DNA of 64,000 nucleotides from a virus (IMGVR_UViG_3300005805_000002:10190-74189), one strand, 5' to 3'; counted from the stretch's first letter, positions 29,328-37,244 are shown. Program-made: numbers and translations. Notes: generated by a model from the sequence alone, not told the origin.

Positions 29328-29414
29328 CTACCGATCAAAATATGAGCGGGAGATGAACAAGGCGACGAGCAGCGAGGCCAGAAGGTAGAGAACGAAGTGG
29401 GCTTCGGGAATCAT
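29328..29414 (-). CDS. 28-aa single-TM micropeptide
   Basis: MIPEAHFVLYLLASLLVALFISRSYFDR. Confidence 0.45.
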   Translation of the reverse strand: MIPEAHFVLYLLASLLVALFISRSYFDR

Positions 29415-29467
29415 GGCGGCAATATAGTTAGACAACTCTCGGAGCAATTCGTTCAAATTATTTTTCG

Positions 29468-29842
29468 TCAGTGTTTCCAAAGGGGCGGTTTGACGCGCAG
29501 CTTCACGGGGTAGCGGTGCTCTCCGGCACGCTCGGCGGGTCGGATGAAACAGAAGTCATACTTCTTTCCATTGTAGACATAGTTGAAGCCGCCGTGCTCG
29601 TCGTGTTCTACATTGACGCTGCCGTGGTTGTCGTGCTCGTTCGAGTAGAACTCCAAGACCGAGTACGGTCGCTGAGTCTTCTCATCCTTGTATCCGAGCG
29701 GTTCGACGTAGCCTGCGAAGAAGTAGACGCAGTCTTTGGTCGTGAGTTTGCTGGCGTTGCTCGCAGTCGGATCCACGTCGCAGTTGCGAAGGAAGACCAT
29801 GAGCTTGTCGTCGGGATGGGGTATGTTGGTTTTGTATTTCAT
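29468..29842 (-). CDS. Hypothetical protein
   Basis: MKYKTNIPHP...; packed in the operon. Confidence 0.6.
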   Translation of the reverse strand: MKYKTNIPHPDDKLMVFLRNCDVDPTASNASKLTTKDCVYFFAGYVEPLGYKDEKTQRPYSVLEFYSNEHDNHGSVNVEHDEHGGFNYVYNGKKYDFCFIRPAERAGEHRYPVKLRVKPPLWKH

Positions 29843-29844
29843 GG

Positions 29845-30135
29845 TTATTTCTCGGGCCAAGCCGAGTAGATGGGTTTCAATCCTTTGTCATCGAAGAAGC
29901 TGACTACGCGGCCTCGGTGAGTGAGGCGACTGGCGTGGGCTCCGACTGAACGGGGTCGCACTTCACAGGTAGGGTAGCCCCTATAAAATCCCGTGAACTT
30001 GCTTTCCAATAACACCTCGATGTTGTGCTCTTTGGCGCTACCGCAGCGGGACTTTATGTATCCCGTGCCGCTATGCTTTCCTTTCGGGTCGTCGAAGTAG
30101 ACGCGTTGCAGGACGAATGTGTCTGAGAATTTCAT
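29845..30135 (-). CDS. Hypothetical protein (96 aa)
   Basis: Packed ORF. Confidence 0.6.
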   Translation of the reverse strand: MKFSDTFVLQRVYFDDPKGKHSGTGYIKSRCGSAKEHNIEVLLESKFTGFYRGYPTCEVRPRSVGAHASRLTHRGRVVSFFDDKGLKPIYSAWPEK

Positions 30136-30473
30136 TAGTGTTTGATCAGATCGTGGAGCGCGTCATCGGCGCTAATGAGAGGGACATTTTCGAGTACGTA
30201 GGTGTCGTTGACTCTTATGCCCACGAGTAAGCCGTGGGAGCCGTCGAGACACTGGGCTACTGCTCGCATTCCGCAGAGCGTGTCCTCAGCGCCCGAAAGG
30301 CCCAGACCGGAACCGGAGTTGTAAACGGCGTTGGCTTTGGCGGCGTCTTCATAAGACGCGTAAACGTGCGGGTTCCATACCCAGAAGTTGACGTCTTCGA
30401 TCTCGATAGCTCGGTCGAAAGGCTTCTGGTCAGGTGGAACCGGATAGGGAATGTGAATGTGTTGTGAGTTCAT
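30135..30473 (-). CDS. Hypothetical protein (112 aa)
   Basis: Preceded by palindrome plus leader. Confidence 0.65.
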   Translation of the reverse strand: MNSQHIHIPYPVPPDQKPFDRAIEIEDVNFWVWNPHVYASYEDAAKANAVYNSGSGLGLSGAEDTLCGMRAVAQCLDGSHGLLVGIRVNDTYVLENVPLISADDALHDLIKH

Positions 30474-30506
30474 AATGGTAGTTGGTTGTGGTAGTTAACT
30501 TATGGG

Positions 30507-30526
30507 TTAACCGGATATCCGGTTAA
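30507..30526. repeat. Perfect 20-bp palindrome ttaaccggatatccggttaa
   Basis: Contains the TAA stop of the 196-aa ORF (30523-25). Confidence 0.9.
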
Positions 30527-31113
30527 GCAGAGGGGACTTCGCAATACTTCAACAAGAAGGGGAAAAACCATTCCTCGGCTACCCTTTCAAGTTCTCGAAA
30601 GGCTTGAAGAGTCTGGTCCTGCTCAAGCGGTTCTTCATTGTGAAACGTGACGTCAATCCCGTGTATCGGGCGCTCAAGCCACGTGCCCTCGTAGCGGTCA
30701 ACCATATTGGAACGAAGGTAAACGGTGCTCGCGTAGTCGCCCTTGGCATGTTCGGTGTAAATGACCAGTGTCTGCGAGGTGCTGAGGAGGAAATCGAACG
30801 AGTGGTCTTTTCGCCACTCGTTACTGACGCTCAGATGCTTTCTGCTCTCGGTAAGCCACGTCTCCAGAGTCATCCACGCGGGGCGTCGGAAGTGCGGGTC
30901 TTTTATGTGCAGAGCGTGGTAAACCTTTTCAGCTACATCAGGTTTTAAGCGGAGATGTCGAGTATCGAGGTAGAGCTTATACACCGGACCGAATGCGACT
31001 CGAACGCGGTAATCGCGAGCGCGTTGCATTTTGTCCTTCTGTCGCTGCTCTTCATCTTGTTGCTGTTTCGCGGAGACGAGGCGAGCAAGAGTGGGGTTAG
31101 TGGATTCTTTCAT
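30523..31113 (-). CDS. Hypothetical protein (196 aa)
   Basis: Bounded by leader upstream and palindrome at the stop. Confidence 0.7.
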   Translation of the reverse strand: MKESTNPTLARLVSAKQQQDEEQRQKDKMQRARDYRVRVAFGPVYKLYLDTRHLRLKPDVAEKVYHALHIKDPHFRRPAWMTLETWLTESRKHLSVSNEWRKDHSFDFLLSTSQTLVIYTEHAKGDYASTVYLRSNMVDRYEGTWLERPIHGIDVTFHNEEPLEQDQTLQAFRELERVAEEWFFPFLLKYCEVPSA

Positions 31114-31132
31114 AGTGGTAGTTGTGTGGTTG

Positions 31133-31152
31133 TTAACCGGATATCCGGTTAA
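31133..31152. repeat. Perfect 20-bp palindrome ttaaccggatatccggttaa
   Basis: Contains the TAA stop of the 71-aa ORF (31149-51). Confidence 0.9.
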
Positions 31153-31364
31153 AGTTCGTAGGAAGCGTCGAGGTTATCGACAAACTCCCGCATGGATGAG
31201 GTGAGATCTGCTTCGGAGATGGCAACGTGCATGGCACGTATACCTTCGCCGTCCGGTGTCTTGTATAAACAGACGACTCGGAAGTTGGTGAGCTGTAGAC
31301 CAAGGGCCAGCATTCTCATGCCGACCCAGTCACAGATGGCGGTGTAAGTGCGTTCGAGGATCAT
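31149..31364 (-). CDS. Hypothetical protein (71 aa)
   Basis: ATGA overlap with the upstream gene; stop inside the palindrome. Confidence 0.6.
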   Translation of the reverse strand: MILERTYTAICDWVGMRMLALGLQLTNFRVVCLYKTPDGEGIRAMHVAISEADLTSSMREFVDNLDASYEL

Positions 31365-31519
31365 TCTTCGTTTTCGGCGGGGTAGACGACGAGCTTGGCC
31401 TGATTGCCTTCGCCTATGGCGAAATCCAGTCCATACTCATACCAGTTGTAGTCTTGCACGATGATCTCCGACTCGGGGTCGTGCTTCTGTAAGTGATCGA
31501 TGAGTTCTTTAACTTTCAT
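31361..31519 (-). CDS. Small phage protein (52 aa)
   Basis: MKVKELIDHLQKHDPESEIIVQ, a common small-phage-protein start; below the ORF-track length cutoff. Confidence 0.6.
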   Translation of the reverse strand: MKVKELIDHLQKHDPESEIIVQDYNWYEYGLDFAIGEGNQAKLVVYPAENEE

Positions 31520-31521
31520 GG

Positions 31522-31767
31522 TCAGTTGATGGTTGCGTGGAAGTAGACGCCGCGTTCATCGTTCCGGTCTTGGAGTTGAATGCTCCGAGCTTTGCCGGAG
31601 ATGACGCAGCGGGGTTGCGACTTTCGGTCGCGGGTTGCGGTTGGGACGTTGCAGGACAGACTCTCGACAAAGAGGCAGGCCCCCTTGTAGTGAATCGACA
31701 GCACGTTGCGGCCCCACTTTTGTGATAGAGGCTTGTTGTAGTGGTAGAAGAATGTGAATGGTTTCAT
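31522..31767 (-). CDS. Hypothetical protein (81 aa)
   Basis: MKPFTFFYHYNKP...; packed ORF. Confidence 0.6.
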   Translation of the reverse strand: MKPFTFFYHYNKPLSQKWGRNVLSIHYKGACLFVESLSCNVPTATRDRKSQPRCVISGKARSIQLQDRNDERGVYFHATIN

Positions 31768-32102
31768 TGGTCTTCGAGTTTGGAATTGATGAGGGCGCGA
31801 ACGTCCGGTTCGATCTTGGCGAAAGCCAATCGCAGGCTTTTGGGCACTTGATCGGGTGCTGGTCCGTCGTCGAAGGTGTCAATGCGGTTGCGGGAATACC
31901 GGATGCATCCTTCCTCGAAGGGACCAACGAACGGTGAGCGGCGGGCATCTTCGCGATAAACGCGGAGCAAATACTCCTCGTCGGTCGGCATGACCGCGTA
32001 TATGTCGCAGTCAATGTAACCGTCGCAGTTGATGATGGCCCAGTCGAAGCGGATGCCAGTGCCCGGATCGGTGAATGTTGTTCTGTTTTTCATTGCGGTC
32101 AT
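31764..32102 (-). CDS. Hypothetical protein (112 aa)
   Basis: ATGA overlaps at both ends. Confidence 0.6.
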   Translation of the reverse strand: MTAMKNRTTFTDPGTGIRFDWAIINCDGYIDCDIYAVMPTDEEYLLRVYREDARRSPFVGPFEEGCIRYSRNRIDTFDDGPAPDQVPKSLRLAFAKIEPDVRALINSKLEDQ

Positions 32103-32335
32103 AGGGCTCCTCTTTCTCCTCCGGTCGGCGGGTTGATGAGTCCGGCTTCGATCATGCGGACAGCCGTGCGTCCGTAGAATCCCTGCAACGTCCATGCCAT
32201 TCCCGTATCTACGAGGTATTGGAATAGGCGGAGGGTCCCTTCGGTGCTGAGGCTGCCTTGCTCGAAGTCGATGAGTTCGGTGGTGAGATCGAATGATTCG
32301 GTGGTGTTCACGGGTGGTAAGGAATCGATGTGCAT
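32099..32335 (-). CDS. Conserved small phage protein (FQYLVDTGMAWTLQGFYGRTA)
   Basis: Motif recalled from many phages (DUF7417-like). Confidence 0.7.
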   Translation of the reverse strand: MHIDSLPPVNTTESFDLTTELIDFEQGSLSTEGTLRLFQYLVDTGMAWTLQGFYGRTAVRMIEAGLINPPTGGERGAL

Positions 32336-32341
32336 GGTGTG

Positions 32342-32818
32342 TTAAGCGAGTGCGCGTTGCAGGCCAGCGTGCAGGACGCCGCCATACCACGCGGGGTTCT
32401 TTTCTTTGAGGATGGTGAGGGGAGCTTTACCCGCGTCTAACTCGGCGAAGTATTGCTCCGGTGTGTGACTGGCGATCAGCTCTTTGCGGAACTTCGCCAG
32501 CGTGAAAGGTCCCCCGTGTTTGAAACGGGCGACGAACTTGCGGTCGGGTCCGAAGAGCAGGTATTGCCCCTCTCGGAACAGTTGATCTTTGGTGAACTTG
32601 GTCATGGTAGTTGGTGGTTTGGTGACGTAGAGAAGCGGGGGATACTCGTTCCGCTTCTCCAACTTGGTGGTCAGATGAGTGCCCCTGCAATGGGGGCAGG
32701 AGTAGACTCCGTATTGCTTGTTGCGCTTCCGGCGGAAGCGTTCCGCGTGTTCTTCGTAATCGGACCAGCCAAGATTGATTTTGCCTCGGCATCCTCGTTC
32801 CAAGCTGGGTGGTTTCAT
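32342..32818 (-). CDS. Two-part ORF: YxCPxCxGxHLT domain fused in frame to a second ORF starting at 32605
   Basis: Internal leader ccaccaactaccATG at 32605 (translated KPPTTM). Confidence 0.6.
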   Translation of the reverse strand: MKPPSLERGCRGKINLGWSDYEEHAERFRRKRNKQYGVYSCPHCRGTHLTTKLEKRNEYPPLLYVTKPPTTMTKFTKDQLFREGQYLLFGPDRKFVARFKHGGPFTLAKFRKELIASHTPEQYFAELDAGKAPLTILKEKNPAWYGGVLHAGLQRALA

Positions 32819-32825
32819 GGATGCC

Positions 32826-32845
32826 TTAACCGAGATTCGGGTTAG
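32826..32845. repeat. 20-bp palindrome variant ttaaccgagattcgggttag
   Basis: Contains the stop of the 60-aa ORF at the distal TAA. Confidence 0.7.
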
Positions 32846-33008
32846 GCTCGGCGAGCTTGATGGCCGCGCGGAGTTCCTTGATGGTAATCCACGCGGGGTG
32901 TTCGCGGTCTCCGCTCGGCTCGAACTCGGGCATGATACCTTCGAGATCGGCGAGCGCGCATTTGGCAGCGTCGAGCAGCATTTTGAATGATCGAGTGTGT
33001 TTTTTCAT
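32826..33008 (-). CDS. Hypothetical protein (60 aa)
   Basis: MKKHTRSFKMLLDAAKCAL... Confidence 0.55.
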   Translation of the reverse strand: MKKHTRSFKMLLDAAKCALADLEGIMPEFEPSGDREHPAWITIKELRAAIKLAEPNPNLG

Positions 33009-33355
33009 TGGGTGATGGTTGAGGTTTCGTAAGGGACGCAGTCGTTATCCAAGCCGAACTTGGACAGCATCTCGTCCGAGCAGTATCCGTTGTCATTGGG
33101 CGCGCAGTTGGGATGCCCGTAAATGCAGGAGCAGGGATGCTCGGCGACCATTTGCAGGTAACGCTTTGCGTATGCCTGTCGCTTGCGGTCGCAGATCTCG
33201 ACGAGATCCTTCTGGGTAATACGGGTCCCGCATACTGCGGTGTAATCGATGAGCTGGTCGGGGAAGACCGGACTCGTGACACGCTTGCCGTCGAAGAGGA
33301 CTTCAAACTCCTCTCCGGCGATGTTGAGGATGATGGGTATGGGATCGATGGTCAT
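33005..33355 (-). CDS. Hypothetical protein with Cys/His cluster
   Basis: HPCSCIYGHPNC...YC; start MTIDPIP. Confidence 0.55.
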   Translation of the reverse strand: MTIDPIPIILNIAGEEFEVLFDGKRVTSPVFPDQLIDYTAVCGTRITQKDLVEICDRKRQAYAKRYLQMVAEHPCSCIYGHPNCAPNDNGYCSDEMLSKFGLDNDCVPYETSTITQ

Positions 33356-33357
33356 GG

Positions 33358-33927
33358 TTAATTCCTTCCGGACATTTGCTTCCACACACCGAGATCGAAC
33401 TCGGCGAACGTGAGATGGGGGAACTTGGTCCGCACCATGCGCTTCGCCTTCTCCTCGATCTTGAGGTAGGTCGGCGACAGCTTATTCGGCGTGGTCGCAG
33501 GGATGCCCCTCATGCGGCACTCCTCGCGGAGATAGCGCAGCATATGGACGTCGAGGACCACGAGTTCCTCGTCCGGTCGGCTATGCAGCAGGAACATCCG
33601 CGCGGTCTTGTGCCCAATCCCGTGGATGGACAGCAGGTCGTGCAAGGTGCAAGTGCGGAGGTTCAAGTTAAGAACCCCGGCCACAGCGGGAGCGTTCTTG
33701 TTGTAAGGTGCGAGATGCCACTCTTCGAGAATCTCGGCAATGCTCATGCCGTGATACGGAGAGCGGAACGCATCGAACAGCGATCCGTTGGTGCGGGCGA
33801 TGAGTCGATTGACCAGTCGCGCAGTGGAGTCGGAGTTGTGTCCGGCCACGGCGATGCAGAAGAGCATGAACTCTTCCAGTTCCTCGTCGCTGCGGTGGTA
33901 GTTGGTGACTTGTGTGGGTTCGATCAT
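33358..33927 (-). CDS. HhH-GPD superfamily DNA glycosylase/lyase (OGG2/EndoIII-like)
   Basis: LLSIHGIGHKTARMFL helix-hairpin-helix with Lys; VVLDVHM with the Asp. Confidence 0.75.
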   Translation of the reverse strand: MIEPTQVTNYHRSDEELEEFMLFCIAVAGHNSDSTARLVNRLIARTNGSLFDAFRSPYHGMSIAEILEEWHLAPYNKNAPAVAGVLNLNLRTCTLHDLLSIHGIGHKTARMFLLHSRPDEELVVLDVHMLRYLREECRMRGIPATTPNKLSPTYLKIEEKAKRMVRTKFPHLTFAEFDLGVWKQMSGRN

Positions 33928-33945
33928 GGGTGGTGTGGTAGTTGG

Positions 33946-33965
33946 TTAACCGGAATTCCGGTTAA
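33946..33965. repeat. Perfect 20-bp palindrome ttaaccggaattccggttaa
   Basis: Contains the stop (33962-64) of the upstream ORF. Confidence 0.9.
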
Positions 33966-34471
33966 GCAGCCTCCCGCCAGTCGTGGGGTCGGCTGTAGAA
34001 TCCGAACGAGGGATCGTCCTCGCTCGGGGTGAAGGTGGCGGTGAAGGTGACACGCTTGCCGTCCTCGGTGGCCGCGCGGGAGGGTTTGGATCCCCAGACC
34101 TTGGCCCCGTCCGGCAATTGGATGAGGCACTTGATCGAGTCGCCGAACTTGGTCGCAACGAGCTTCTGCTTGAGGATCACGCCCGTGACCTCGGTCCGGC
34201 CGAGCGGGGCGCGGATGCCAGCGGCAACCCGTTTGGCCCGTTCCTCGGCGCGCTCGTCGGCCCACTTCATTTTCTGAAGCGACTCCTTGTGGAGTTTGAT
34301 AGCGAAGGCTGCCTGTTTTGGAGTCAACGACTTATACCGGACGAGCTTGACGGCCATGTCCTGTAGGATGTTGACGCCCCATGAGATGCGGTCCCACGCG
34401 GGGTGCGACTGCAATGACGAGTCCGCGCCAAAGTGGAGCGCGGCATTCAACTCGGAGTTATTGGTATCCAT
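33962..34471 (-). CDS. Conserved phage protein with OB-fold-like C-terminus
   Basis: GRTEVTGVILKQK...KVWGS...VTFTATF...DDPSFGFYSRP. Confidence 0.6.
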   Translation of the reverse strand: MDTNNSELNAALHFGADSSLQSHPAWDRISWGVNILQDMAVKLVRYKSLTPKQAAFAIKLHKESLQKMKWADERAEERAKRVAAGIRAPLGRTEVTGVILKQKLVATKFGDSIKCLIQLPDGAKVWGSKPSRAATEDGKRVTFTATFTPSEDDPSFGFYSRPHDWREAA

Positions 34472-34518
34472 AGTGGTAGTTGGTGGTGGTGGTGAAAAAG
34501 CCTCTATCACGTTTCCGG

Positions 34519-34608
34519 TCAGTCGGTTACGAGGCAGATGGCGATCCCGAGCAGGGTGAGTCCGCAGAAGATTTCCAGTGCGGTCTGGAGAATGTCGTAG
34601 GGTATCAT
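34519..34608 (-). CDS. 29-aa single-TM micropeptide
   Basis: MIPYDILQTALEIFCGLTLLGIAICLVTD; GGTTTAAGA motif about 25 nt upstream. Confidence 0.45.
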   Translation of the reverse strand: MIPYDILQTALEIFCGLTLLGIAICLVTD

Positions 34609-34718
34609 ACTGATGCGAGTATATGTAGACGTCTTAAACCTTGGGTTGTTCAATCTTGGGTGCTTGGAATCCTCGGCCCCCGAACGGATGGGACGTAGCG
34701 GGAACGAGGTGATGGGAC

Positions 34719-34907
34719 CTAACGGATGGACTGCGGGTCGTCGGTCTTGCGGATCTCGACTTTCGTCGTGGGATCCCAGTTCGCCTTGACGCGAAGCCAA
34801 AGCTCCGCCTCGGACGAGGCCGACTCATGCGTCCGGTGGTTCGTTGAGGAGACGCGGCGTTTGTCGCGCGTCACCACGTAGACGAACTCCTTTTCGTAGT
34901 TGGGCAT
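34719..34907 (-). CDS. Hypothetical protein (62 aa)
   Basis: Preceded by palindrome plus leader. Confidence 0.65.
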   Translation of the reverse strand: MPNYEKEFVYVVTRDKRRVSSTNHRTHESASSEAELWLRVKANWDPTTKVEIRKTDDPQSIR

Positions 34908-34939
34908 GGTGGTAGTTGGTCGGGTTGTTGCGGTGGTGG

Positions 34940-34959
34940 TTAACCGGAAATCGGGTTAG
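34940..34959. repeat. 20-bp palindrome variant ttaaccggaaatcgggttag
   Basis: Contains the stop of the 56-aa ORF 34940-35110. Confidence 0.85.
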
Positions 34960-35110
34960 CGGAGAGCTTCACGTTGTGAAACTCCTCGAACAGGCGTTGA
35001 TACTCCTTGGCCTTCTCGTCGGTATTGATCGGGCCGAGAGCGATGATTGCGTTCAAGTATTGCCGGAAGCTCGGGTCGTCGTAGCTGGGTGGTGCAGGAT
35101 TGTAAGGCAT
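34940..35110 (-). CDS. Hypothetical protein (56 aa)
   Basis: MPYNPAPPSYDDPSFRQYLNAIIALG...; judged more plausible than the track's 34956-35144 frame. Confidence 0.55.
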   Translation of the reverse strand: MPYNPAPPSYDDPSFRQYLNAIIALGPINTDEKAKEYQRLFEEFHNVKLSANPISG

Positions 35111-35160
35111 AAGAAAGGGGCGGGGCTTTTTCGGCTAACCCCAAGCCGCGTTGCGGTTGG

Positions 35161-35361
35161 TTAGATGAAGTCGTCGTGCGAGACTTCAGCGGAGGGACGC
35201 CATTCGTTGAAACGATTGCGGTAGGCGTTGAACGCGTCGAAGCACTGGTCGAGGGCCTTGGGATCGTAGGCCGTGAGAAACTTGCGTATCTCCGGCGACA
35301 GGACGATGACCGAGACGGCCTTGTTCAGTTGTTCGAGCAGCAGTTGTGTTGCGTTTTCCAT
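35161..35361 (-). CDS. Hypothetical protein (66 aa)
   Basis: Preceded by palindrome plus leader. Confidence 0.65.
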   Translation of the reverse strand: MENATQLLLEQLNKAVSVIVLSPEIRKFLTAYDPKALDQCFDAFNAYRNRFNEWRPSAEVSHDDFI

Positions 35362-35386
35362 GCGGTAGTTGGTGTTGTTGTGTTGG

Positions 35387-35406
35387 TTAACCGGAGATCC
35401 GGTTAG
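35387..35406. repeat. 20-bp palindrome ttaaccggagatccggttag
   Basis: Lies just downstream of the tRNA-like RNA. Confidence 0.9.
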
Positions 35407-35458
35407 GAAAGGGGCATCCCTTGTAGGCGTGTAATGACGCCTCGTTAGTTGTCAGAGC

Positions 35459-35616
35459 AGACGGCGAGGGGAATCGAACCCCCATCTCCCATAACTCCAT
35501 CTCGCGGTGATCAGCCGAGAGTCATCGTCTGTCTGCGACCGAGATCACGCGTAATCCAGTGCAGGTCGGCGATGAATTCATGGAGGGGCGTGTTACCAGT
35601 TGAACACTACGCCGCC
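35459..35616 (-). ncRNA. tRNA-like RNA with a ~80-nt structured insert replacing the anticodon loop
   Basis: Acceptor GGCGGCG/CGCCGTC, T8A9, D-arm GTGT-TCAACTGGTA-ACAC, T-arm GGGGG-TTCGATT-CCCCT, discriminator T, no encoded CCA. Confidence 0.75.
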
Positions 35617-35769
35617 ATCGTTGATCGATTTCCCTCTGACCTCTGGGATGAGTGGGGCTTTGTTGCCTGACCCCAAGGCAGGGACCGCTAACGCGTGATC
35701 CCTATTACGGACAATCTGGTGACCCCGATTGACAGGGGGCCATTCGGAATTCGCGAATGGCGAAAGTGG

Positions 35770-36195
35770 TTAGCCCCAGCAGAGCCCGCCGAAGTCGTCG
35801 GGCGAGAATCCGGCGGGGAGTTCGACTCCCTGCAACAAGAGGATGTTCCGGCAGAAGTCAATATCGTCGCAGGACGCGCAGTAGATGTCGTCCCCATCGA
35901 CCATGTCGGGGTGCTTCTTGAGCAAATCCCAGACAGGTCCGCGCAGCTTGCCCCAGCCGAAGGTGAGGAACGAGTCGAGGGAAGCGAGAGCCTCGACGCG
36001 GTGGACCTCCTTGTAGAGCCGATACGAGAGCCGCTCGCAGCGGAGGAAGGCGGACTCGTCGGTCGGAAGTTGACTGGCGAGGTTGGAGTAACGGCCTTGA
36101 AGTGCCGTCAGCCGGGCGTAAGTGCCGGGATGGACTTGAGCCAGACGCTCAAGGATTTCGGGGTTGGTGGTTTTCGGATACAGGCGTGTTCCCAT
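35770..36195 (-). CDS. Conserved phage hypothetical protein (141 aa)
   Basis: MGTRLYPKT...FLTFGWGKL; preceded by palindrome plus leader. Confidence 0.7.
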   Translation of the reverse strand: MGTRLYPKTTNPEILERLAQVHPGTYARLTALQGRYSNLASQLPTDESAFLRCERLSYRLYKEVHRVEALASLDSFLTFGWGKLRGPVWDLLKKHPDMVDGDDIYCASCDDIDFCRNILLLQGVELPAGFSPDDFGGLCWG

Positions 36196-36220
36196 AGGTG
36201 TTGGTGTGGTTGTGGTTAGA

Positions 36221-36240
36221 TTAACCGGAGATCCGGTTAA
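36221..36240. repeat. 20-bp palindrome ttaaccggagatccggttaa
   Basis: Contains the stop (36237-39) of a 33-aa peptide. Confidence 0.9.
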
Positions 36241-36338
36241 CGGAGAGCGAGGAGAAGGCAGGGAGCGACTCCGACAATTGCGGCCAAGATATACAGGGCC
36301 AAAAGCCAGAGGGGCTCGCGTTGGTTTTGATTTTTCAT
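36237..36338 (-). CDS. 33-aa single-TM micropeptide
   Basis: MKNQNQREPLWLLALYILAAIVGVAPCLLLALR; stop inside the palindrome. Confidence 0.5.
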   Translation of the reverse strand: MKNQNQREPLWLLALYILAAIVGVAPCLLLALR

Positions 36339-36407
36339 GGAGTTGGGGGAGGTGTAAGCCTCGCTTCTACTCCCCGTCACGGGCACGGGGAGCAGGTGCG
36401 ATTCCAA

Positions 36408-36494
36408 TCACCAGTCGAGCAGGCTACGAATGAATCCGTAGATCAGCAGGAATGATCCGATCAGAGTCATGGAGACCAAGATGTCTGGACTCAT
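36408..36494 (-). CDS. 28-aa single-TM micropeptide
   Basis: MSPDILVSMTLIGSFLLIYGFIRSLLDW. Confidence 0.45.
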   Translation of the reverse strand: MSPDILVSMTLIGSFLLIYGFIRSLLDW

Positions 36495-36501
36495 GGCTGC
36501 C

Positions 36502-36642
36502 TTACTCGTTGAAGTCGTCGGCCGAGATCGGGGCCTCGACCCAGACCCAGTGCAGCGGGCTATGGTCGTCCTCGGTGAAGGACGGGGCCACGTTGACACG
36601 GGCGGGGACTTGATCGACGGGTTGGTTGTAGTTGTCTTCCAT
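36502..36642 (-). CDS. 46-aa acidic peptide
   Basis: MEDNYNQPVDQVP...; preceded by palindrome plus full leader. Confidence 0.55.
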   Translation of the reverse strand: MEDNYNQPVDQVPARVNVAPSFTEDDHSPLHWVWVEAPISADDFNE

Positions 36643-36678
36643 AGTGGTAGTTGGATGGTTGTTATGGTTGTGGTTGTG

Positions 36679-36698
36679 TTAACCGGAGATCCGGTTAA
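36679..36698. repeat. 20-bp palindrome ttaaccggagatccggttaa
   Basis: Followed on the minus strand by the leader. Confidence 0.9.
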
Positions 36699-36763
36699 CG
36701 AGAGCGGAGTCACTCCAACACCTGCACCAGTGGTTGGCAGTCCCACTGGTGAGGTGCTGACGC

Positions 36764-36780
36764 GAACCCGTTCCGGTTAG
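36764..36780. repeat. Palindrome half-site gaacccgttccggttag
   Basis: Holds the stop (36777-79) of the 155-aa ORF. Confidence 0.5.
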
Positions 36781-37244
36781 GACTGGGCCTTGGCCTGCTT
36801 GGTCAGCCAAGCGCGGCGGAGAGCAGAGACCGCGTCCTCGCCAGCCTCGGCCTCGGCGAGAGCGATGAGCTTCTCGATGACGGGGGCGAGCTTTGCGTCC
36901 TTCTCTTTCTTGCTCTTGCTCTCGGACTTCTGGGCACGTTCGCGGAGGCCCAGAGCAACGAACGCATCGGAGGCACGGCGTTCGGACTCGGCCTTGGCCT
37001 GCTTCTCGGTCTTGCCGTCAGCGAGGTAGGCCTCGACCAGCGCGGCTTTGACTTGCGCCTTGAGGTCCTTGATTGCGGCTTTGCGGTCCGCGCCAGAGGC
37101 GGCGATCTCGCTGGAGATGCGCGCCTTGATTGCGTCTTTCAACGCGGCGAGGTTGGAGTTCGCCACGGCGAACGTGACGATGTCGGTGATGACGTCCTCG
37201 GTGAAGGAGAGGACGCTGCGGAGGTTGGCAATGATGTTGCTCAT
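36777..37244 (-). CDS. Ala/Lys-rich helical protein (155 aa), first gene of the early run
   Basis: MSNIIANLRS...; strongly G/C-ending codons. Confidence 0.7.
   Translation of the reverse strand: MSNIIANLRSVLSFTEDVITDIVTFAVANSNLAALKDAIKARISSEIAASGADRKAAIKDLKAQVKAALVEAYLADGKTEKQAKAESERRASDAFVALGLRERAQKSESKSKKEKDAKLAPVIEKLIALAEAEAGEDAVSALRRAWLTKQAKAQS

Noticed and set aside
34956-35144. 62-aa ORF from the track
   Set aside because: The alternative frame 34940-35110 has an ATG start and more protein-like composition.
35459-35616. Ordinary tRNA with a group I or archaeal-type intron
   Set aside because: The insert is too short for group I, there is no clear bulge-helix-bulge, and no junction yields a canonical anticodon loop.
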